Origin: Chiloscyllium plagiosum
Lineage: Eukaryota
Reading direction: 5' to 3'
NCBI RefSeq assembly: GCF_004010195.1
Contig: NC_057720.1
Coordinates: 36,762,334-36,826,333, forward strand
Length of the DNA stretch: 64,000 nt
Part shown: in pieces, positions 26,161-39,088 of the stretch
Position numbering within the stretch: the stretch's first letter is position 1
How the letters are laid out: each line of letters begins with the position of its first letter
Notes under the pieces: generated by a model
What the model was told of the DNA's origin: nothing
The model's database searches: none
What the model saw: the letters and a program-made list of their open reading frames with translations, nothing else
Made by a program: the position numbers and the translations under genes

Positions 26161-27671
26161 TGTTTAACTTGATGCATTGTCACGCAACTCTCTTGAGGGA
26201 GGAACTAAGTGACTTAATTCAGTTCAAAATCCTGTGTTCATATGCGTGATGAGAAATGTTTTGAATTTGGCTTTTTTTCATACTCGCTAAGCTCTGGTTA
26301 CTGTTTCATCTGTCCTTTTTCATATTGATGTGATAAGCATGTAACTGACTAGAACTTGTAAAGATAATTAGTCCAGGGAATTTCTGTGCAAAGTTTTGAA
26401 GGACCATTACGTCTTTTAAAGAAGACACATGGTTTTTAGAAGAAAATTAAGTAAATTTTCTTTTGAATGAGTAAGTAGCAAAATATAACTACTGAAAAAT
26501 GTTTTGTTGCTGCCTGTACTCTTTAATAAATCTGTTTGGTAGCTAAAGGCCAAGACATGACTTGGAGGAAATGTTATTTCACTTTCACTAGCTCAGAGGG
26601 TCCATGTGGTGTGGTATACAACTTGTATCAAAAATTATGCATAAAGTTCTCTGCCACCCTGGGTGCACGGCAATACTTTATTTGAATATTTAGCAACTGG
26701 AAAGTTTTCAGCAGCTGGATTTTATTTGCAACAAAAGGATATATTTGATTAAATAAGTCATGCCCAAATATGTCAGGTCAGATAGATTTTGAAAATCCTG
26801 TTATGATATTTGAAGGTCATCATTACCATCACTGACTCTTGTCTGCCTAACAGACTGTTGTCTGACTGTGTGCTGCAAATGATGTTTAGAGATGTTTTTG
26901 GTATAATCATGGAAGGAATGGAAAAGGTTAGTGGGGTAGGTATAGTTATCAATTAGGATAGCATGCTGGGCTTTTTTGCAGCGGGTTTGGAGAGTATCAT
27001 AGATGTTTTGCTTCCATTGTATAAACTTTGGATTCATAGCTCTGATTTTCAGCATAGTTTAGACTCTAAAGTAAAAAGACATACTCACCTTGGTGGTATA
27101 GTGAAAGTTTAGTAGATTAGTCCTTGAGATGAAATAGTTGTCTAGTGATGGGAGGCTGATTAAATTGGGCTTATTCACTGGAGGTTAGAAGAAAGGTGAT
27201 CTAATCATAACATAAAAGATTCTGAAGGGGCTTGACAGGGTAAAGGATTGAGAGGTTGCTTTCCCTGGCCAGGGTCTATAGAACATGGACACCCAGCCTT
27301 ATTTGGGAAAAACGATGACTAATTAAACTGAAATGAGATGTTTTGGTGGTCAGAGTTGTGAATCTTGGGGTTCCATACCATTCATAAGATATAGCATCAT
27401 CAAGAATGTATGGAATATATAATAAAAAGGAGTGGTCGCAGATTAACCCTGATGGTATTGAACGGTAGAGCAGACTTGATCCATGGGCTCCTGCTCCAGT
27501 TACATTTAAGTTCTTGTGTTATGATTCTTTCTTTATTGGCTGTGAAGTACTTGAACATAAATTATTCTCCAATAATTAATTCAATTTTTAAAAATGTTAT
27601 GTATAACTGTAGTAATTTAATAGCTAAATTGCCATAAAGCTTTGTTTCTAACACTGTTTGTAATTTAATGA

Positions 27672-27785
<114 letters not shown>

Positions 27786-28064
27786 TAAGATAAGAAAATA
27801 TCACTTTTCATAAATATTCTGCGGTTTAACATGTTGAAGGTGTACTTTTAGAAGGTTTTTTTAAAAAAATAAGTTGGGGATCTTCTTGCATTTGCCTAAC
27901 TATGTCAAATGATGGGCGAACATCCATATGGGAATAGGAATGGAAACACTGATCCTTAAATATACCAAATTGGTTATCTCTCAGCAGACCAATGTAATGC
28001 TGCTATGTTGATCAGTTGTGTTGTAGAAGTTGAATTTGTGACCCCAAACCTGACTCCTGCAGAA

Positions 28065-31000
28065 CTGTAATAGTCACTGGCTGCCATCCTCTGTCCCCAC
28101 TCTCTGCCTTCTACCAGTCAGCCAATCCTCTATCCATGCCAGTATCTTGCCCCTAATGCCAATGGCTCTTATCTCATTTAGCAGCCTTTGTCAAAGGCCT
28201 TCTGGAAATCTAAATCAATCACATCTACTGGCTCTCTGTTTCGCTTGCTTGTTACATTCTCAAAGAATTCTTACCAATTTATCAGGTATGACCTTCTCTT
28301 GACAAAGCTGTGCTGACTTAGCTCTATTTTACCATGCACTTCCAAGTAGTCCACAGTCTTATCCTTAGTAATTGACTCTAAAATCTTACCAGCGACTGAG
28401 GTGAAGCTAACCAGTCTGTAACTTCTCATTGCTGCCTACCTCCCTTCTTTAACCAGGGGTATTACATTAACCATTTTCAAGTTCTCTGGGACCCTCCTGA
28501 CTCCATTGATTCCTGAAAAATCGCCACCAATGCCTCCATAATCTCCTCCTATCTTGTTCAGAGACCTTGTAGTCTATTGGGTCAGGATGATTTTTCAGCC
28601 TTTCAGATCTTTCAGCATCCCCAGCATCTTCTCCTTAGTGATGGCCACTACACTCCCCTCTGCCCCTACTCTCTTGAAGTTCTGGTATGTAGCTGGCGTC
28701 TTCCACTGTGAAAACTGATGTGAAGTACCAGTTCAGTTTCTCTGCCATTTCTGTGTTCCACATTAGTACTTCTCCAAACTCATTTTTCAGTAGTCCAGTG
28801 TTCACTTCTGCCTCTCTCTTAGATATCTTTTTAAAAAAAAAACTCCCACAATCTTCTTTTATATCACTAACTAGCAACTCTAATTTCATCTTTTCCCACC
28901 TCCCCAAATTACTTTTTCAGTTGTCTTTTGCTTTGTAACAGCTTCCCAATCCTTTGGTTTCTCACTATCTTTACCAAACGTTATGCTTTTTATTTTGATT
29001 TTATGCCATCACTGATTTGCCTTGTACTCTCCTTTAAAATGTTTTTCTTCCATGGGATGAATTTCTGCTGTGCTTCTGAACTACCACCAGAGACTCTGGC
29101 CAGTGATGCTCCACTGTCTTCCCTGGTAGGCTAACTTCCGAATCCACTTTGACCAGCTCCTCCTCATATTTATACTGTTACCTTTACTAAATTTTAATAT
29201 CATTACATCTGATTCCAGTTCTCCCCCTCAAACTGTAGGATGAATTCTATCATCGTACAGTTTTTGTGTGTGAGCAAGGTGGAGTTGGAGGAGGGCTCCT
29301 GAGCTGGAAGTTGTCTGCTTTTCTTCTCTTTCCTTTATTTGTTTTCTTTCCCTCCTTTCTTTCTTTTCTCTATACCTTTTACTTACCTCTTCCTGAGCTG
29401 AGGCATCAGCGAGAGCCCAGCACAGACCTCAAGTGGAGCCAGCATGAAGAGTATTAGCCCGAGGCAGACCTCGGGAGTGAGCCCTTACTTTTCCTGAACG
29501 AGCATAGGAATTGGTGGCTGCTACATCAGCAGAGGGGACGTTGACGAAGTAGGCCCAGTGGCAATGGGGATTGCCGACTTCATCGTTGATTGTATTTGGT
29601 GTTAGAAGGGCATCAAAGTGACATCGACTTGGGTCCAGCAGTGAGATATGCAACGCAGCACAGGCAGCAGCGAGGTGGTGGCAGAGGGGTATTAGCCCAT
29701 TTGTGAAAGATGATGCCTGAGGATCGATGATTTTGTTGGTTGGATCCAGTGTAGACAGCAACATAGTGGTGGAAAAGGGAAAGGCTCAAGTGTTGTTGAT
29801 GCTGATAAGCTGGCTCAGGACTGATGGATTCTCTTTAAATTGTATCTAATTTTTTCCTCAAATTGCTCAAAATGACACCAAATTGTGGCAACAAATGAAA
29901 GCTTTTTACAGTATTTTATGGCATTCTCCCTGTAAAAATCCACGTGACAATAAAAGCAATAAATCAAGATGATAAACTCCCTATCAATTTGATTTCAATG
30001 CACATCACCAAATCCAGAATTGCCTGTTCCTTAGTGGGCTCTGCCACAAGCTGCTGCAAAAAACCGTCTCGTAGATATTCCGCAAATTCTTTTTCTTGAC
30101 TATCTGCTGCCAACCCAACTTTCCTAGTCCACCTGCATGTTGAAGCTCCCCCTTGACACTTGCAGCAGTGCCTTTTCTACATGCTTTTTCTATCTCGTGA
30201 TTTATTTTTTTGCCCCACATCTTGATTATTGCTAAGAGGCCTGTACACGACTCCCATCAGAGTCTTTTTTTTAACTTTGCAGTTCTTCAGATTCAACACC
30301 TTCTGACTCTACATCACTTACTTCTATTCATTTAATTTAATTTCTTACTAACAAGGCAACCTGTCCCCATCCTTTCAATAGGACTCGTCCTCTTGGATAT
30401 TTATTTCCCAGATTTGATCCCCGGCAACCACATCTGTATTGCCATGATATCGTATGTGCCAGTTTCAGTCTGTGACTCATACTCATTTACCTTATTTTGT
30501 ATACCATGTGTATTTAAGTACAACACCATCGGTCCTGCATTGACTGCCCTCATCTAATTATCCCCTTATAGAGTCATAGAGATGTACAGCATGGAAACAG
30601 ACACTTTGGTCCAACCCGTCCATACGACCAAATATCCCAACCCAATCTAGTCCCACCTGCCAGCACCCGGCCCATATCCCTCCAAACCCTTCCTATTCAT
30701 ATACCCATCCAGGTGCCTCTTAAATGTTGCAATTGTACCAGCTTCCACCACTTCCTCTGGCAGCTCATTACATACCTGTACCACCCTCTGTGTGAAAAGG
30801 TTGCCCCTTAGGTCTCTTATCTTTCCCCTCTCACCCTAAATCTATGCCCTCTAGATCTGGACTCCCTGACCCCTGCCTATTTATCCTATCCATGCCCCTC
30901 ATAATTTTGTAGACCTCTATAAGGTCACCCCTCAGCCTCCGACCCTCCAGGGAAAACAGCCCAAGCCTGTTCGGCCTATCCAGTAGCTCAAATCCTCCAA

Positions 31001-31520
31001 CCCTGGCAATATCCTTGTAAATCTTTTCTGAAGCCTTTCAAGTTTCGCAACATCTTTCCGATAGGAAGGAGACCAGAATTGCACGCAATATTCCAACAGT
31101 GGCCTAACCAATGTCCTGTATAACCGCAACATGACCTCCTAATCCCTGTACTCAATACTCTGACCAATAAAAGAAAGCATACCAAACGCCGCCTTCATAT
31201 CCTACCTACCTGTGACTCCACTTTCAAGGAGCTATGAATGTGCACTCCAGGGTCTCTTTGTTCAGCAACGCTCCCTCGGACCTTACCATTAAGTGTATAA
31301 GTCCTGCTAAGGTTTGCTTTTCCAAAATGCAGCACCTTGCATTTATCTGAATTAAACTCCATCTGCCACTTCTCAGCCCTTTGGCCCACCTGGTATCTGC
31401 TTGTGCTTGGAGTTAGATTCCTGACCCTTTGATTCTCTGTCCTATTACTTGTTCTGGAAGCTTTAATAAACACCCTATATCCCTGCTGAATCCCCTCCCT
31501 TTTTTTTAGTTTAGACAATT
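28065..31520 (-). mobile_element. Old CR1 LINE hosting two insertions (unclassified element 29260-29967; young CR1 3' end 30570-31392)
   Basis: Minus-strand ORF2 remnants (MAEKLNWYFTSVFTVED). The young insert has MLRLYRTLVRPLLEYCVQFWSP and a (CTCTATGA)n tail. Confidence 0.75.
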
Positions 31521-31756
31521 GCTTTGCAACACTCCATACTAATGAACGGAAGTGCCTCTTTGTTAGTTATTAATGTCTTTTGTTCAGAAATCTATTTTGC
31601 AATCTAATTAAATTTTGTATAATTGATAATTTTACATATTTAGCAATTACGTGATAGCTAATATACATCTTGTACATATTCATTTCCTGAAGTATATGCA
31701 TCTTTAAATGACTGAATTCAAGTTTTTTTTTTCTGAACCTTTCCATCAAAATTTAG

Positions 31757-31843
31757 AACTTTGGATTAGACTATGATGCATTTCAGAACATGGTTGGGGA
31801 CTGTCCACCTAGCTTTCTTCAGCTTGCCTTCAACTGTTGCAAT
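31757..31843 (+). CDS. TESK2: TESK2 coding exon (exon 9 equivalent)
   Basis: tttag|AACTTT...TGCAAT|gtgagt; NFGLDYDAFQNMVGDCPPSFLQLAFNCCN; 87 nt. Confidence 0.95.
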
Positions 31844-32277
31844 GTGAGTAAAATATGATAATCTATCTTGATGATCTTGTGTATGATTACATGAACATAA
31901 TTTGAAACAGAAGTGAGTACACAGTTGCTAAATTTTTTTTCTGTATCTGACAAGATAACATTAGAGAAGTTTTGCATTGGGGTTTCTTTAATTAAAGCCA
32001 AAGACACTGATTAGTGTAATGGACTATTGCTATTCTGATGTTGCAACCTCCAGTAGATTTCCTATGTCCTTTACTACTGAAGATGACTCTGAGACCTGTT
32101 GAACTCTTTTTACAGAAATCTTGTCCTGAACAAGAAAATGCCCTGATAGCTTTCTGCCTGAATGCTTTTGTAATTTTGCAATGCCTGGAGTCAATGTTAA
32201 ACTCATTGCTCATGTATTATTTATACAGCAAGTTAATTCACATCTATAGAGAGAAAGGTTGGGGTGGTAATTTTTGT

Positions 32278-32490
32278 TGAAAATGTGTTGCTGGAAAAGC
32301 GCAGCAGGTCAGGCAGCATCCAAGGAGCAGGAGAATTGACATTTCGGGCATGAGCCCTTCTTCAGGAATGCAGGCTCATGCCCGAAACGTCGATTCTCCT
32401 GCTCCTTGGATGCTGCCTGACCTGCTGCGCTTTTCCAGCAACACATTTTCAGCTCTGATTTCCAGCATCTGCAGTCCTCACTTTCTCCCC
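32278..32490. mobile_element. Non-autonomous palindromic Penelope-derived insertion with perfect 14-bp TSD
   Basis: 79-bp near-perfect inverted arms at 32278-32356 and 32373-32451. TSD GTGGTAATTTTTGT at 32264-32277 and 32491-32504. The minus strand carries CTGAAGA-agggc-tcat-gccc-GAAA-tg-TC. Confidence 0.9.
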
Positions 32491-32934
32491 GTGGTAATTT
32501 TTGTGTATGTACCCTTCGTGTGATTATAGCAGAAGGAATGTATTTCATGTGAAAATATGTTAAAAAGTTGATGTTCTATTTCTCTCTAGCTAAGATACAT
32601 TTTTGTAATAGATACTGTATACAGTGTTGCAAACCATTTTCTATGATGCGAACAGAATGAGTGTGCAATCAGTCAACAGTCGGATATTTTGTTGATGTGT
32701 TAATGTCACAAAAAGTTATTTTATTGTTTGTTGAGAAGATGCTGCTGCTTGCTGCTGAAGTCCCTCCCTGGTCTACCCCATACCACCTCAACTTTAAACA
32801 TCTTTGTCTTGTGTCTGAATCCCCTTTTGTGGCTTTCATTTTTCTGCAGCTGGTGTCATGTCTGACTCTCTTAACGTTTTGACCTCACCATTGGTGTTCA
32901 TTCCTTTAACTATCTAGGCCCAAGATATGGAGTT

Positions 32935-35900
32935 GAGAACATAAAACAGCATAGGCCCTTCGGCCCTTGCTGTTGTGCTCTAATATCAACTAACCTACAT
33001 ACCCTTCATTTTACTATCATCCATCTGCCTGTCCAAGAGTCGCTTAAATGTTCCTAATATATCTGACTCTACTACCACCATTGATGGTGTATTCTACGCA
33101 TATACCACTCTCTGTGTAAAAAACCAACCTCTGACATCTTCCTCCAGTCACCTTAAAATTATTATTTTTTTATTTCAAAAATATACTTTATTCATAAAAT
33201 AATTTGATGGTCTGTACAGTTGGTCATGCCATACATATGTAAACATTTACATACAGAGATCAGAATTTATCATTTTTATATACAAGTCTGTACGTTTTTC
33301 AATCATACGCCCATATATTTAGCTGAGGTGTCAGCAGAGCCCAAATGACCTGCGTGGGCCCCCTGTTCTTCTTAGGCAGGCAGATGTTAACGCGGTGGTC
33401 TTTCCCCACCGCGCCTTGGCGGCAGCTGCCCCAAACTTCAGTGCATCCCTCAACACGTAGTCCTGGACCTTGGAATGTGCCAGTCTGCAACACTCAGTCG
33501 GGATCAACTCCTTCAGCTGGAAGATCAACAGGTTTTGGACCGCCCAGAGAGTGTCCTTCACCGAGTTGATGATCCTCCAGGCACAGTTGATGTTCGTCTC
33601 GGTGTGCGTCCTGGGGAACAGACCGTAGAGCACGGAGTCCCGCGTCACGGCGCTGCTCGGCATTCTGCCAAATGGCTTTGACAGTCTGCTCAGGGAACCG
33701 CTCGATAGGATCCGTCCTCTCCTATTCCCGAAGGGTCTCGAGGACACTACGTGTTGACCACTTCCTGATGGACTTGTGGTCAAAGATTATTTTCTTCATA
33801 AACTTCTCCACGAAGGACAGGTGATACGGATCGGTCCAACTACTCTGAGCATTCCGCGGCAGCGAGGCCAGATCCATCCTTCGCAACACCGTGGACAGGT
33901 AGAACCTCAGTACGTAGTGACACTAGGTGTTTGCGTACCGGGGATCCACGCACATCCTGATGCAGCCACACATAAAGGCCACACACAATCTCCTCTGCAC
34001 CCTCTCTCTAAAGCTTCCACATCCTTCCTATATTGAGATGACCAGAACTGAACACTGTATTCCAAGTGTTGTCTAACCATGACTGTATAAAGTTGCAGCA
34101 TAACCTTGCAGCTCTTAAACTTAATCCCCTGCTAATGAAAGCCAACACACTATGCGCCTTCTTAACAACCCTATCCACTTGGATGGCACCTTTTGAAAGA
34201 TCTATGGACATGGACCCCAAGATCCCTCTGATCCTGTACACTGATAAGAATCCTGCCATTAACCCTGTATTCTGCATTCAAATTCAACCTTCCAAAGTGA
34301 ATGAGTTCACACTTTTCAAGGTTGAACTCTATCTGCCACCTTATCAGCCTAGTTTTGCCTCCTGTCAATGTTCCTTTGCAACCTATAACAGCCCTCATAC
34401 TACCTACCACTCCACCAACCTTCTTGTCATCATCGGCAAACTTAATAACCCCCCCCTTTCCACTTCCTCATCCAAGACATTTGTAAAAATCACAAAGAGC
34501 AGGTGTCCCAGAACAGATCCCTGCGGAACGCCATTGGTCACCAAGCTCCAGGCTGAATACTTTCTATCTACTATCATCCTCTTCTATGGGCCAGTCGATC
34601 TGTATCCACATAGCTAAATTTCCCTGTATTCCATGCCTCCTTACTTTCAGAATCGGCCTACCAAGGGCAACCTTAGTCAACGCCTTGCTAAGATCCATTA
34701 CATCGCATCCACTGCTCTACCTTCCATCAGTGTGTTTCCTCACATCCTTGTGAGGTATGACCTGCCCCCCTCAAAGTCATGCTAACTATCTTTAATCAAA
34801 CTATGGTTTTCCAAGTAATCATAAATCCTGTTTCTCAGAATCCTCTCTAATAATTTGCGTACCATAGATGTCAAATTACTCTATTCCCTTTCTTGAACAA
34901 CGAAATAACATTTGTCATCCTTCAATCATCTGGCACTACTCAATGGACAGTGAGGATGCATCGATCCTCACTAAAGGCACAGCAATCTCTTCCCTCGCTT
35001 CCTATAGTAATCTTGGGTATATCCCATCTGGCCTGGGGACATATCTTTCGCTATGTTCTTCAAAATTTTCACATCGTCCTTCTTAACATCAGCCTGTTTC
35101 ACACTGTCCTCACAAACAACAAAGTCCCTCTCAGTAGTGAATACTGAAGCAAAGGATTTATTAAGGACTTCCCCTACTGCCTCTGACTCCAGGCACAAGC
35201 TCGTTCCACTATCCCTGATCCCCACTATAATCACTCTGACCATCCTCTTGTTCCTTACCTAAGTGTAGAACACCCTAGGGTTTTCCTTACTCCTACCTGC
35301 TGAAGCTTTTTCATAGCCCTTCTAGCTCTCCTAAGCCCATTCTTCAGTTCCTTCTTGGTTACCTTTGTAACCCTCTAGAGCCCTGTCTGATCCTCGATTC
35401 CTCAACCTTTAAGTAAGCTTCCTTCTTCTTCTTGACTAAATGTTCTACGTCCCTTATCACCGAAGGTTCCTTCACCTTACTATGCCTTCCTTGCCTCAGT
35501 GGGACAAACCTGTCCAGCACTATCAGCAGGTGCTCCCCAAACAATCTCCATATTTCTGTCTTGCATTTTCCTGAAAATATCTGTTCCCAATTTAGGCATC
35601 CCAGTTCCTGCTTAATAGCATTGTAATTTCCCTTCCTCCAATTAAATGCTTTCCCATTCCATCTGCTCCTATTCCTTTTCTTGACTATCGTAAAGGTCAG
35701 AGAGTTGTAATCACTGTCACTGAAATGCTGTCCCACCAAATGATCTGACACCTGACCAAACGCCAAATCCAAAATGGCCTCCCCTCTAGTTGGCCTACCT
35801 AAATATTGCGTCAGGAATCCTTCGTGGACGCACCTGACAAAAACTGCTCCATCCAAACTATTTGAACTGAGGAGGTTCCGATCAATATTAGGGAAGTTAA

Positions 35901-35945
35901 AGTCACCAATGACACCAACTCTGTTACTTCTGCACCTTGACCAAA
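32935..35945 (-). mobile_element. 5'-truncated CR1 LINE (endonuclease to 3' tail) interrupted by a Tx1 element
   Basis: GVIGDFNFPNID, EVLNKSFASVFT, WQIEFNLEKCELIHFGR and HLEYSVQFWS on the minus strand. Confidence 0.85.
33163..33989 (-). mobile_element. Tx1/L1-clade LINE 3' fragment
   Basis: GC-rich. Minus ORF SVLYGLFPRTHTETNINCAWRIINSVKDTLW...AKARWGKTT, then AATAAA and a poly(A) tail. Confidence 0.75.
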
Positions 35946-38900
35946 TCTGCCTTCTGGGACTTTTCCATATCACTCCTTCTTTTGAGGTGTTTTTGTTTGT
36001 TTGGACCCATTGCCTTAATCACTTTTGAGCTGAGTGTGAATTTATGTCAGATTGTATTCCTTCTGATTTGCGTATTAAGTGTGCTGTATAATTGCAACTT
36101 GTTGCTGTACATTTGCAACTGTGAAAACATTTTGAAGTTGTGTATTCCAGGAAGACAGTCAAGTTTATGCTCCACATGAACATTTAATTGCCTCTTCCCA
36201 TCCCACTCTCTCATTTTCTGTTCTATTTTGCATGTGTGCATCAGCCTCTCTTTACATAAAAGTGCAGAAAGGTTGAACTGTACTAAATTTTAATTTTGGG
36301 TCTATTTATCTATCCCTGCCACAAAATTGGGGTTAAAAAGTTATTTTGGCAGTGGTGGCCCACGGAAGTTTCTTTAAGGCCTATCTTTTAGTCTACAGAA
36401 GGAATGGGAAAAGCCAATGAAATCACGTGCAGTGTATTCTCTGCTCAGTTTATTGAGTTCAGCAAGGGGTATGTGTTAAGGTGTTTGATTTGCTTCTTCT
36501 CCGTTGTGATGTTTGATATATTTCAAGTATCCTTAGGACATTGAAACACATTTACATCAGGAAACAAGTGACACCATTTAATTACGTCCCCTCACACTAG
36601 TTTGTTTAATCTAAGAATTGTGAGGCAGTTTAAATGCTGTCAGCTGTTCTCCTAAATAAATCCTCCCAAGGGGAGGGTAATAGCCCATGGATATTATCGC
36701 TAGACTGTTAATTCGGAGTCAAGAGGGTGGCGCTGGAAAAGCGCAGCATCCAAGGAGCAGGATATTTGCCATTTCGGGCCAAAGCCCTTCATCAGGAATT
36801 AATCCAGAGACCTGGTAATGTTTTGGGGACCAGGTTCAAATCCTATTGTAATAGACTTGATGAATTTCTTTAGGTGAATTTTGAATTCGATAAAAATAAA
36901 TCTGGAATTAAGAGTCTAATGATGACTGTGAAACATTGTCGATTGTTGGGAAAATCCTATCTCGTTCTCTAATAGGGAAGGAAATCTGCCATCTTTACCT
37001 GGTTTGCCTCCATGTGACTCCAGACCTACAGCAATGTGGTTGACTCTTCCCATTTGGGATGGGCAATAAATGCTGGCCTGGCCAGCAATGCCCACATCCC
37101 TGTGAATGAATTAAAAAGTGTTTAAAAAGCATCAGCTATTTAGAAGATTCTTGAATATTGGTGACTGTGTCTGAAACTCAAAGCAATTATCTGCAAATAA
37201 TTACATTTCAGTGAAAGTGTTTGAAATGCAGATTTCCACAATACTGATTATCTGTTTCATTAGCATATTGATCCAGCTGGTTTAAATCTTCTTCAACACT
37301 GATTCTTAGTTCTTTGATTCACAATCTTCTTTCTCCACGTTCTCTAGGAAAATATATTTACAAAGGGAAGATTGTATAAATTATGGCGGAAGTTGCAGAT
37401 AAAACTTTGGACCATTAACTTCAACAATGTTCCATTTTAATCATTAGTTCCTCGATTTTCTCTCATGTTTACTTCCCACGTGTATACTGGTTCATTTCCC
37501 ATTGCTAGAACTAGCTATGTTGTCTCCCTTGTTTGGCTTGTGTATTAGGTCAGAAAGATGTCTTATGCACATAATAAATACTCCCCTTTCCCCTTCTACT
37601 TCACCCTGTTGAGTTTTGTTTAGGTGTGGTCACTGCTATGATTAGGTGAGAAATGATGGACTATTTTTCTTCTTTTCCCCCTTGTTTCGTTGTAGTAGAG
37701 GTTTTGAATTTTAGAAGGATGCTGAATTGCCAATTTACTTTTTGCTCAATTTGCAGCCCTGAGCCAGGTAAGTATTCTTGAGTTAATATGTAAGGAATTA
37801 CGTTTATTGCTTTTCTACAGATACACCCTAGTTCCTACTAACATGCATAAACACACACTCCTCAACCAAGAAAAAAATGAATTCAGTTTTACCGAGTATT
37901 GGATATTTAACTTGAAAATGCAGATGAAAGAGTACAATTAATGACTTTTTACTGTATCTGAATGTTTTGGTATAACTAAGGCAATTGCTTTTCAGTGTTG
38001 TCTGGTATTTTCCCTTTTTTCGCTATTGTCAAACATTCAGTGGCTTTCAATAAGAATTCTGTCTGCTGTGGATATAAATGTAACTTTTTTCTTAGCAAAA
38101 TAGGATTCCAACTTTTGAATGTTGAAGGAGATCTGCTCACTGGGGCAGCTGATTTTTCTGCCCAAATCCCAATTCAAGCACGCATACTGAAAGTTTGTCA
38201 CATGACCTCTCCATTCTGACTGAATTTCCCAACGAATATGGAGAGCTAATTCACATCTCTCAAAGCTTCTTTTTGCCATTGCTTCATAGCTCAGGTGATT
38301 AAATTTAAATGTCTGGCCATTATCTTCTGAATAGATCATACTTCATTAATGAGAAAGGAAGGAAGCTATCATCACTTCCAGGAAATCCATCTACTTGTTG
38401 GGGCTATTTTATCTCTGTCCCAAGAAAATGGAATGTGTCTCAACAATTAGTTTAATCCATCTTAAGTTTGTCACCTTCTTTTCAGTTTAAAAACTGCCTT
38501 TTAAGATGGCCAAAATATGAAAACATCAATAAAATTAGAAATTAATATTATATTCTAAGCACATCTTCATGATATAGCTCATTTTATATATAAGATGTCA
38601 CTTGCATTTGTTTTCCGCTGCTAAGTGATCTGTAGCTGCCCACTAATGGTGTAAACAAATCCTTTCTTTGTTGTTACCAATATTCTCTTTTTTAACCTTT
38701 TGTTATTCATATCCTTTCTTGCTAGATGTTGCTATTCCTGATCGCCATAACTACTCACCTTTGTCCCCTATTTCAAATTAAATTATAGCATATAGCCATG
38801 ATAACTTTTGATTTATGTAACACATTTGACTCAATGGTTACAACAGTTTTATCCAACAAGTTTGATAAAAGTACTAAGTATGGCATACGCATTGTGCAGA

Positions 38901-39088
38901 ATTTACAGTTTCTCTTTGTGTCTATATGTTATTTCCTAATCTTTTTATATATATGCTACACATGCCTTACCCTGCAGAAATACCTCTGCACACAGAAAAT
39001 AATTGAATGGTAATGAAGTGCCAGTCTTAATATATTGTACATCCCTGTTTAATGTTATTCTGTTTTAACATAAATCAGCTGATAGGGT

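Noticed and set aside
36414..36429. CCAAT plus CACGTG, resembling an ERSE or internal promoter
   Set aside because: Spacing is 5 nt rather than the 9 nt of CCAAT-N9-CCACG; no CpG island or other support.
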